NCBI RefSeq assembly: GCF_006345805.1
Contig: NC_043014.1
Location: 34,038,001-34,102,000, forward strand
Origin: Octopus sinensis
Lineage: Eukaryota
Length of the DNA: 64,000 nt
Direction: 5' to 3'
The stretch's first letter is position 1, and each line of letters begins with the position of its first letter. Positions 53,732 through 64,000 of the stretch are shown piece after piece. The translations under genes and the position numbers were made by a program. A model generated the notes under the pieces. The model did not search any database. It worked only from the letters and a program-made list of their open reading frames with translations, and had not been told where the DNA came from.

Positions 53732-53905
53732 TATACAATAATATGTTACATACTCGATAGTCAGATAAACCTCTGAGTTTCAGATGCCGAAGTAGGAATC
53801 CACGACATCTCTTCGGTTATCTGGCTATGTCGTGGATTCCCACTTCGGCATCTGAAACTCAGAGGTTTATCTTGACTATCGAGTAATGTAACATATTATT
53901 GTATA
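53732..53905. repeat. ~77-bp-arm hairpin overlapping a hammerhead-like relic
   Basis: Arms 53732-53808 and 53827-53905, 18-nt loop; flanked by (TA)n. Confidence 0.9.
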
Positions 53906-53911
53906 TATATT

Positions 53912-53984
<73 letters not shown>

Positions 53985-54129
53985 GTATACACACAAACAT
54001 TTATATATATGCAAAGTTTAGGTTAGTTATAGTATGTCTGTGACATAACTGCTAAAAGGTAAATTCACTGCAGTTACCATGGCGAAAAATTCTTTCTTAT
54101 GGCAAAAAGGTGTGAGAACGCCATATTAC

Positions 54130-54595
54130 GGTGCGAGCTGGCAAAAACGTTAGCACGCCGGGCGAAATGCTTAACTGTAGTTCGTCTGTCTTTACGTTCT
54201 GAGTTCAAATTCTGCCGAGGTCGACTTTGCCTTTCATCCTTTCAGGGTTCATAAATTAAGTACCAGTTGCGTACTGGGTCGATCTAATCGACTGGCTCCC
54301 TCCCCAAAAATTTCGGCCCTTGTGCCTAGAGTAGAAAAGAGAGTTGGCAGAATCGTAAGCATGACGGGCAAAATATTTTGCGGCATTTCGCCCGTCGCTA
54401 CGTTCCGAGTTCAAATTCCGCCGAGGTTGACTTTGCCTTTCATTATTTGGGGTCGATAAATTTAGTACCAGTGAAACACTAGGGTTGATGTAATCTACTA
54501 GTCCCCCCTCCCCCAAAGTTCATGCCTAATGCCTATTGTAGAAAGGATCATCATCATCATCATCATCATCATCATTATTATTATTATTATTACTA

Positions 54596-54644
<49 letters not shown>

Positions 54645-54665
54645 TATTATTATTTTTTTTTTTAC

Positions 54666-54702
<37 letters not shown>

Positions 54703-55245
54703 TTATTACTATCATTATTATTATTATTATTATTACTACTATTATTATTATTATTATTATTATTTTATTATTATTACTATCATTATTATTGTTATTATTA
54801 TTATTATTATTATTTTATATTATTATTATTATTATTATTATTAACGCATGAGCTGGCAGAATCGTTAGCACGCCGGACAAAATGTTTAGCGGCATTTCGT
54901 CCGTCATTACCTTCCGGCGAGGTCTACTTCCCCCTTTCACCCTTCCGAGTTCGATAAGATAAGTACCAGTGAAACACTGGGGTCAATGTAATCGACTAGC
55001 TTCCTCCCCTAAAATTTCAGGCCATGTGCCTTTAGTGGAAAAGATTATTATTAATATAATTAGGCGGCGAACTGGCAGAATTGGTAGCATACCGGGCATC
55101 ACTCTTAGCGGCATTTCGTCTGTCTTTGTGCTCTGAGGTCAAATGTCACCAGGGTCGAGCTCACCTTTCCTCCTTTCGGGGTCGATAAGTTAAGTTCCAG
55201 TGCAATACTGGATTTCATGCCTTGTGCCTTTTGTAGCAAGGATTA
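54130..55245 (+). mobile_element. Cluster of four co-oriented Nin-domain SINE copies around an (ATT)n tract
   Basis: Heads like GAGCTGGCAGAA at about 54135, 54342, 54850 and 55068. Confidence 0.82.
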
Positions 55246-55254
55246 TATATATAT

Positions 55255-55330
<76 letters not shown>

Positions 55331-55396
55331 AATATATATATATATATTATATATAGGTTATAGGTATAAAGATATACATATGTGAATATATGTATA

Positions 55397-55480
<84 letters not shown>

Positions 55481-55567
55481 CATACATACATACATATTTA
55501 TATATATATATATATAATATTATATATATATATATATATATATAATATTCCTACATATATATATATA

Positions 55568-55787
55568 TACTCTTTTACTCTCACTTTTACTTGTTTCTCA
55601 TTTGGCTGCCGCCATGCTGGAGCAACCGCCTTTAGTCGAGCAAATCGACCTCCAGGACTTATTCATTGTAAGCCTAGTTACTTATTCTATCGGTGTCTTT
55701 TGCCGAATCGCCAAGTTACGGAGACGCAAACACACCGTCATCGGTTGTCCAGAGATGTTGGGGGGGGGGGGGTGACAAACACAACAC

Positions 55788-55822
<35 letters not shown>

Positions 55823-56005
55823 TATATAATATATATACATACATATATACGACCGGCTTCTTTCAGTTTCTGTCTACCAGATCCACTCACAAGGCTTTGG
55901 TCGGCCCGAGGCTATAGTAGAAGACACATGCCTAAGGTTCCACGCAGTAGGACTGAACACGGAACCATGTGGTTGGAAAAGCAAGCTATTTACCACGCAA
56001 CCACT
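55568..56005 (-). mobile_element. CORE-type SINE
   Basis: Reverse-complement copy. Confidence 0.82.
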
Positions 56006-56346
56006 CTATATTATATTATATTATATTATATCATATTAGAGGAAAAATCAAAACGAAGGCAGAACGAGTATTTCAAGTCATTTAGAATAATTTAAGTACG
56101 GTAAGATGAAATTAGATTCATTTAGATCACAAGTGAACTAAACCCCTCATATTCTGTGGAGGGGGGGTGTATAAATGTGTGTATGCATGAGAGTGAGTGC
56201 GCGCAGACACGCGTAATGTGAAAATTAGAAGTATAAAAGTAAAAGTGAAAAAAAGGTATGCGTGTATATCATACATTTTTCAAATATACGTTAGACGCAA
56301 GCATGCCAGTATGTTGAAGAAAGCTCTCCTTTAATAACTACGTAAT

Positions 56347-56523
56347 TTGGGGTTCGATCCCGCTTTACAGCATCTCATCGAGTTTCATTTATCACAGTCT
56401 CGACTTGGGGTTCGATCCCGCTTTACAGCATCTCATCGAGTTTCATTTATCACAGTCTCGACTTGGGGTTCGATCCCGCTTTACAGCATCTCATCGAGTT
56501 TCATTTATCACAGTCTCGACTTG
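56347..56523 (+). repeat. Exact 3 x 58-bp tandem repeat containing a B box
   Basis: Units at 56347, 56405, 56463, each with GGTTCGATCCC. Confidence 0.95.
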
Positions 56524-56568
56524 ACCGTTAGTCTATAAGTGTAATTTGGTAGGCAGAAACTGTGCACA

Positions 56569-57172
56569 AGGCGGCGAGCTGGCAGAATCGTTAGCACGCC
56601 GGGCGAAATGCTTACCGGTATTTCGTCTGCCGCTACGTTCCGAGTTCAAATTCCACTGAGGTCGACTTTGCCTTTCATCCTTTCGGGGTCGATTAAATAA
56701 GTACCAGTTACACACTGTGGTCGATGTAATCGACTTAATCCGTTTGTCTGTCTTTGTTTGTCCCTTCTGTGTTTAGCCCCTTGTGGGCAGTAAAGAAATA
56801 AGTATTTCGTCTGCCGCTACGTTCTGAGTTCAAATTCCGCCGAGGTCGACTTTGCCTTTCATCCTTTCGGGGTCGATTAAATAAGTACCAGTTACACACT
56901 AGGGTCGATATAATTGACTTAATCCGTTTGTCTGTCCTTGTTTGTCCCTCTCTGTGTGTAGCCCCTTGTGGGCAGTAAAGAAATAGGTGTTTCGTCTACC
57001 GTTACGTTCTGAGTTCAAATTCTGCCGAGATCCACTTTGCCTTTCATCATTTCGAGGTCGACTAATTAAGTACCAGTTACGCACTGGGGTCGATATAATC
57101 GACTTAATCCGTTTATCTGTCCTTGTTAGTCCCCTCTATGTTTAGCCCCTTGTGGGCAATAATGAAATAAGA
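56569..57172 (+). mobile_element. Nin-domain SINE trimer (one head, three ~184-bp bodies)
   Basis: GTATTTCGTCTGCCGCTACG-like starts at about 56619, 56802 and 56987. Confidence 0.9.
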
Positions 57173-58727
57173 AACTGCCCATGCCTGTCCTGCACACACA
57201 TACGCACGCACGCACGCCACACATGCGCGCGGGTGTGGGAGTGAATGTGTGTATGTCTGTACGCGCGTTTGCATGTGTCTTTGCGCGTGTGTACGTGATT
57301 AGTTCAGACCAGTTGAAAAACGGTACGTGATGAAGCGTGTGCGTTGTTTTGTGTTGGCTTGTATGAAATGGTAAGTATGTCTGGAAGGATGTATGCGACT
57401 ATGAATGCTTGTGTGTGGGTGGTTGTGCAAATTGCAGTCAATATTAAAATGTGTACATGAAAGTTCGGGTGGCTAATTGTGCGTACGTGCGTGCATGTGT
57501 GTGGTGTGTGTGTATGTGTGTGTGTGTGCGTGTGTGTGTGTGTTTCAGTAAGTTTTGCGTGTGTGTGTGTGTGTGTTTCAGTAAGTTTTGCGTGTGTGTA
57601 TGTGTATAACATGCACGTGTCTCTGAGTCTGTATGTGCGTGCGTGTATATATATATCTCTCTGTATGGAGTGTATGTTGAAAACTTATCAGTTTAAAAAC
57701 TTATCAGTATCCAAGTTTGAAAAAAAAAAAAGCAAGGCAGGCGTCAAATAGAGAAAGAGAGAGTGGGTGGAGATAGAGAGAGAGAGAGAGAGAAATATTA
57801 AGAGATAGAGAGAGTAAGCGGGGAGAAGGCAAAGGGAAAAAAATGAAAGAAAGAAAAAAATACATTGAGTCAGAGAGATAAAAGACAGAAATGGAGAAAT
57901 TGCAGATGGAAAAAGAGAAAGAAAACAAAGGAAGAGGAAAATAAAGGGAAGAGACCAATAAAAGAAAGGAAGAAAGGATTAAATGTAAACAAAAAGGAAA
58001 AAAATTAGACAAAGAGAGAAAAAAGAAAGGACGAAGGTGTTGAAATAGGAATTACTATTTAACTTATTTTTTATTAATATTTTTTATTCCTTTTTTAAAT
58101 ATTTTTTGTTTAAATCAGATCCTGCCCAATATATTTTCACACACACGGAAGCACGTCCGCACGCACGCACACACACAAACATATGCATGTATGTATGCAT
58201 ACATGCGTGCATATACACGCACGCACAAATCTACACACACATGCATACATACATACACTTTCTCCCTCCCTCCCTCCATCACGTACACATACATACATAT
58301 AGAAAGGTTGTTTGTGGATTAACTGTAATCCCTCGCCTTGTATATTACCGGTATTAGTTTATCATTTTTAACCACTTCTCACATACCAGCCTTCGAAGCT
58401 TTTTTTGGGGGAAGAGAAAAAACTTTTAAACAACAAAACAAACACGGCAATCAAACTATAAACACGCATGCTAAGCTAAGATTCGATCTCACGACATCGA
58501 AAGTGCTGAAACAGATATTGTATACAAGGAAAGAGGGGGAAAAATTCATTAAATATTACACTCCAATAATCTTTGTGGTCTCTCCCACCACCCTAGCACA
58601 AATATTACTAATATTACGACGATTCTTCACATTACTTCAGGTTACACATGCTTTAACAACAAATATATAATTTATAACCCGAATTTAACTTATTCTTTGC
58701 TGCCTGTATGTATATAAGAAAAGCAAC

Positions 58728-59029
58728 ATGGATTTTTTCTATAAATTTATATTTCTTACTGTTTCGTCTGGACTTAGCTGTTGGGGATTTCAACAGTTGA
58801 CGGAAGAGGAAAGTACTAAGTTGGAAAGGTTTGTAGCCTTATCGGTCCAATGTTCTGGTGCTCACGCTGCCAGTGTGTCGCTTATACGTAACTCCACCGT
58901 ACTTTACAGGAATGGTTACGGTCATGGAAGTCCGCCGATCGATAAGAACACGACTTTCTGTATTGGAGGTTTGACCAAGCTGTTCACAGCCGTCTTACTA
59001 TCAAAACTTATCGATGCTCGCAACAGCAG
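58728..59029 (+). CDS. First coding exon of a probably secreted serine beta-lactamase-like (AmpC/PF00144-type, gigasin-6-like) protein; SxxK reads GLTK
   Basis: AACATGG start, hydrophobic N-terminus, SVSLIRNSTVLYRNGYG...PIDKNTTFCIGGLTKLFTAVLLSKL, donor AG|GTAAG at 59029/59030 (phase 2); no later exon recognised in the window. Confidence 0.85.
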
Positions 59030-59128
59030 GTAAGCAACGCATAAAAGTATTGGCTTTTGCATACACACACACACAGTGTCTCTCTCACTATCTCTCTTTC
59101 TTTCTCTATCACAAACACGCACACACTT

Positions 59129-59183
<55 letters not shown>

Positions 59184-59441
59184 GGCCCCCTCTTTTCCAT
59201 TTATAAATATAATTTATTATGTATTCTAGCTATCGTTAAATTTCTTACTATTTATCTATCACACTACTTATCTCTCTCTATATATATATTTATATGTATA
59301 TATATACATACACACACACATATATATATATATGAATGAACAAAGACTTCTCTCTTTATATCTATCTATTCTTCCACCCATTTATCTATGTATGCTTATT
59401 TGTCTACCTATCTACATCTCTCTCTCTCTCTCTCGTCTCTC

Positions 59442-59473
<32 letters not shown>

Positions 59474-59923
59474 TATATATATATTATATATAATATATAT
59501 ATATTATATATATCTTTCTCTCTCTTTCTTGAATATTTTTTACAAGGTCTCCAAGTTATAGATAAGAGCTAATAATTCGTGGTGTTGATTCTTTTTCCAA
59601 CAGTATCGCTTTTGTTTTGCTGCAACTGTATTTCCAAAATTACTATTTACAATCGGAACGTATGCACGCGCGTGCTTGTGTGTAAGTCGTATGTGATAGG
59701 GAGACAGAGAGAGAGAGAGAAAGAGGGAAGGAAGAAAAGAAAGAAAGAAAGAAAAAAGAAAGAAAGCGGTAACTGGCATATCTCATTCTTTCTCTCACTC
59801 TCCACACACACAAATACACACACATCACACATATACACGCATTCACACACACACATTTGTTTATAATATATATAAATACATACATGTGTGTATATATACA
59901 TACATATATCACACACACACACA

Positions 59924-59965
<42 letters not shown>

Positions 59966-60364
59966 ATACATGTGTGTGTGTGTCTCTGTGTGTGTATTCA
60001 TATGGCATCTTACTTTATAAATAGTATGAAAAGTAACAGAAAATATGTAACACTCGATGCAGAGCTGTGAAAATGTATTTGTACATATAAAGCTATGCGA
60101 GTAAACTTATCGTATAGATTACCATTGATTTTGCGGTCATGGTCTTCAAAGGCAACGTGTGTGTGTGTATGTGTGTGTGTGTGTGTACACATACGTACGT
60201 GCATACATGCATATGCATGCGTATGACTATGTATATTGCACAATGTTATTAGAAATCCAATGTGTATGTAATCTATACAAGAAAGCAGTTCATGAGCTAA
60301 CTTTTTTTTTAAGTGAGAAAAAGAAACAAACTTAATGCATTAAGCTACGAATGAAAGAAAGATA

Positions 60365-60403
60365 TCTAGACGTTTCGGACAATTTGTCTTTCGTCAAGAT
60401 AGA
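60365..60403 (-). ncRNA. Degenerate minimal hammerhead-like motif
   Basis: Minus strand TCTA-TC-TTGACGA-A-AGACA AAT TGTCC-GAAACGTC-TAGA. Confidence 0.4.
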
Positions 60404-61201
60404 GTGATGAAAAAAAAGAGAAAGTTTTATTTTCTGATCAAAAGTGTGTTTGTGATTTTTGCTATTATATGGTTCGAAGAATATGGTTAAAATGGTTTTA
60501 AAACACGATTTTCATTATCCAATTATTATCCAGGTTACAGACTCAGAGTAATTTATCTTTTTATATTCTTTACGAAAATTAAAATTAACTCTAAGATTAA
60601 CTCTGGTATGATTTAATCTCAAAATGTGAACTGAAGGAACTAAATATTGCAAACTCTTTTCCTTGATATCATAACGATTCTGACAATCGTTGTTACCAAA
60701 TTACTGGTGCGTTAACAGCGTTTCTTTTCAATATATTGTATTACACTTGAGAATATATCTATAGATTCTAGCCAGCACTGTATGTGTACACAGGTATAAA
60801 TACCTTGTCATTGCATACAATATTTTAATAGCCAACTGAACTAATTTCGGTCTTTAATTGGGATTTCTTTAGCGACCGAGATACTGACCACCAACCCACT
60901 GTTATTAAGGGTGTAAGTAAATTGGATAACCCAATTGGCATATATGAATATACATACATGCATGCATGCATACATACATATTGTATGTATGTACACCTGA
61001 ATTTCAAAACAAAAAATAAAGTAGTAATGATAAATGTTTATATCTACAGATTTTAGCCGATACTGTACCTAATGTTTTATATACAATCTCTTCCTGGATG
61101 GAAAAAGAGAGATCCACCGTGTATAAATATATTATCACACTGCGAAAATATTAGAAAAACAAAAATTGAAAATATATTTTAAACAAAATATAAATATTAT
61201 A

Positions 61202-61600
61202 AGTGCAGAAGTGGCTGTGTGGTAAGTAGCTTGCTTTACCAACCACGTGGTTCCGGGTTCAGTCCCACTGCGTGGCACCTTGGGCAAGTGTCCTCTACTA
61301 TAGCCTCGTGCCGACCAAAGCCTTGTGAGTGGATTTGGTAGACGGAAACTGAAAGAAGCCCGTCGTGTGTGTGAGTGTGTGTGTGTGTGTGTGTGTGTAT
61401 GTTTGTCCCCCCCCCCAACATCGCTTGGCAACCGATGCTGGTGTGTTCGGCAAAAGAGCGGTTCGGCAAAAGACACCGATAAAATAAGTACTAGGCTTAG
61501 AAAGAATAAGTCCTGGAGTCGATTTGCTCGACCAAAGGCGCTGCTCCAGCATGGCCGCATTCAACTGACTGAAACAAGTAAAAGAGTAAAAGAGTATAAA
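61202..61600 (+). mobile_element. CORE-type SINE
   Basis: Head, CORE and tail present. Confidence 0.87.
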
Positions 61601-61654
61601 AGAAATTGAAGATATAAAAAGGTGAAACTAATCTTCTAATAAATGAAATATTGA

Positions 61655-61878
61655 TTTCAAATTTTGGCACAAGGCCGGCAATTTCGGGGGAGGAGGTAAG
61701 TATATCAATGGTACTTATTTTATCGACCTCAGTTCTCAACTGGTCCTCATTTTATCGACTGCGAAATGATGAAAGGCGAACTCGACGTTGGCGAAAGTTC
61801 AACTCAGAACACAAAGACAGACGGAATGTCGCTAAGCATTTTGTCCGGCGTGTTAACGATTCTGCTAGCTCGCCGCTT
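61655..61878 (-). mobile_element. Diverged Nin-domain SINE
   Basis: Ends GATTCTGCTAGCTCGCCGC, the reverse complement of the head. Confidence 0.75.
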
Positions 61879-62027
61879 TAATAAGCGAAGATATTAAAAA
61901 AGAGACGTAAGATGTTTCAGTATTTGAAGATATATAAAAGTCCTGAAAATATTTTGAAAAACTGGGTGCATTAAAATAATGATAAAAACAAACAAATCAA
62001 AATAGTTTTTATAAAAGTAGAAGATAT

Positions 62028-62438
62028 AGGCGCAGGAGTGGCTGTGTGGTAAGTAGCTTGCTTACCAAGCACATGGTTCCGGGTTCAGTCCCACTGCGTG
62101 GCACCTTGGCAAGTGTTTTCTACTATAGCCTCGGGCCGACCAAAGCCTTGTGAGTGGATTTGGTAGACGGAAACTGAAAGAAGCCCGTCGTATATATGTA
62201 TATATATATGTATGTGTGTGTATATGTTTGTGTGTCTGCGTTTGTCCCCCCCAACATCGCTTGACAACCGATGCTGGTGTGTTTACGTCCCCGTAACTTA
62301 GCGGTTCGGCAAAATAGACCGATAGAATAAGTACTAGGCGTACAAAGAATAAGTCCTGGGGTCGATTTGCTCGACTAAAGGCGGTGCTCCAGCATGGCCG
62401 CAGTCAAATGACTGAAACAAGTAAAAGAGTAAAAGAGT
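62028..62438 (+). mobile_element. Full-length CORE-type SINE, close to the family majority sequence
   Basis: All modules intact; (GTAAAAGA)2 tail. Confidence 0.92.
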
Positions 62439-63237
62439 ATATAAAAAATGTATTTTTTTTAGAAAACCCTGAAAATATTTAAAACAAAAAAAAGAAGCAA
62501 CCTGCTAAAAAAATTTTAAAACAACTGAAAATATAAAAATTCGTGCGGATAAAAAACAATCCTGAGAAGATAAAAACAAATTGAAAATAAAAATGACCCC
62601 ACCCATGTCTTCTTACTATATTTAAAAATAGTAACTCTTACGTAGGGTTTTTTCCTTGAGCTTGTAAAATAATGTATTTCTTTTTTACGACCTTAAAAAC
62701 CATCCGTTTACACACATACACACAGAGAAATCTAACAACACATCCACTGAATAAATTCAGAGTATTCCTCAGTAATCTCCCCTCGATACAAGGGGTTTCC
62801 TCATTTTCGATCTGCAAAAAGGCAGCTTCCACCACCATCACCACCACACACGCACACACACGCTGTTTATTATGTGTTCTCCACACGTGTCCTCAATTTG
62901 TAAAAGACGGTCATCACAGCGCCAAAAATAAATCTGAACTCAAATTGTTTATTCTTTTATTCATCCTAAAAGGTTTCACACTGGGTTGTGGCCATGCTAC
63001 AATACCGAATATTCAAAAAAGATTTTGTTCTTTCATTTCGTATAATGTATCTTCTTCTCCTTCTCCTCCTCCTCCTTCTTCTTCTTCTTGTTTACTCCTA
63101 GGTGGCCCATGATCGAGCCGCCCAACGACCGAAAGCATTCCAGCCATGACCCTCACGCATTTTTTCTCAAGCATTGCGTATTTATTAGTTATAGATATGT
63201 TTTTGTGTTTGCGTGTGTGTTTTTATTTTATTTTTAT

Positions 63238-63688
63238 AGGCGCAGGTGTGGGTGTGTAGTAAAAAACCTGCTTCCCAGCGACATGGTTCCGGGTTCAGTC
63301 CCATTGCATGGTACCTTGGTCTTCTACTATAGCCTCACCCTGACCAGAGCGCTGTGAGTGGATTTGGCAGACGGAAACTGAAAGAAGCCCGTATACATAC
63401 ATATATATGTGTATGTGTGTGTGTATGTGTGTGTGTGTGCGTGTGTGTGTGTGTGTGTGTGCGTGGGTGTGTGTGTGTGTGCGTGTGCTCGTGTCAGTGT
63501 TTTCTCCTACCACCATTTGACAACCGGTGTCGGTGTCGGTTTGTTTACGTCTCCATAACAGCGGTTCGGCAAAAGAGGCCTATATAATAAGAACTGGGGT
63601 TGATTAATTCGACCAAAAATTCTTCAAGGCGGTGCCCCAGCTTGGCCGCAGTCTAATGACTGAAACAAGTAAAAGATAAAAGATAAAA
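63238..63688 (+). mobile_element. CORE-type SINE, diverged subfamily
   Basis: Head AGGCGCAGG, tail GTAAAAGATAAAAGATA. Confidence 0.82.
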
Positions 63689-64000
63689 TATTTTTTTAAG
63701 AGTGAGTATGATTTAAGGAAAATTTGACTGCTATTTCTAGCCGTTCGAACGATCACGTAACAACAGCCCCTGAGTTGTCTTCTGCAAAGATTTATTGTTT
63801 GACATTCCGTAAGTTTCAGATGACAAACTGTATCCGGTACATTCGACTATAGACACCCATAATGATATTTCCAAATAACTCCCAACGTCATAACGGCCAC
63901 AAATTTTTATAGGCTCTCTCTCGCTCGCGCGGAGCAGGAAGGATAATGCTGCCAAATCCCTCAAATCACGCCCTTGCATTAGATAATGCAGTGACTTGAT

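Noticed and set aside
58711-58718. TATA box for the lactamase-like gene
   Set aside because: Only about 10 bp before the ATG, too close for a core promoter; may instead be a splice acceptor after an upstream non-coding exon.
59030-64000. Second exon of the lactamase-like gene
   Set aside because: No AG-preceded frame with the expected W-D-x-P-V or D-L-L-x-H motifs was found by eye; probably beyond the window.

Overview
Eukaryotic, AT-rich, extremely repeat-dense genomic DNA. The repeat families (tRNA-headed CORE-type and Nin-domain SINEs, long TATG/TATC/TA/TAA microsatellites) look like an octopus (coleoid cephalopod) genome; this assignment is from recognition, not a search. Only one host coding exon is supportable: 58728-59029, the first coding exon of a probably secreted serine beta-lactamase-like protein whose catalytic SxxK motif reads GLTK. 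The rest is a transposon landscape: a complete non-autonomous Ty3/gypsy LTR element (18799-23101) whose reconstructed single ORF lacks the RT catalytic core, a related solo LTR, a truncated CsRn1-type gypsy, DD37D and DD34D mariner fossils, a Tigger derivative, a GGATC-ended MITE family with 8-bp TSDs and internal telomere-like repeats, non-autonomous Helitrons, Dong/R4, RTE and Penelope remnants, several hammerhead-ribozyme-like relics, foldbacks, and SINE-derived tandem arrays. Nearly all ORFs in the supplied track are microsatellite artefacts. All alignments and folds were done by eye, so boundaries without TSD/TIR support are approximate.
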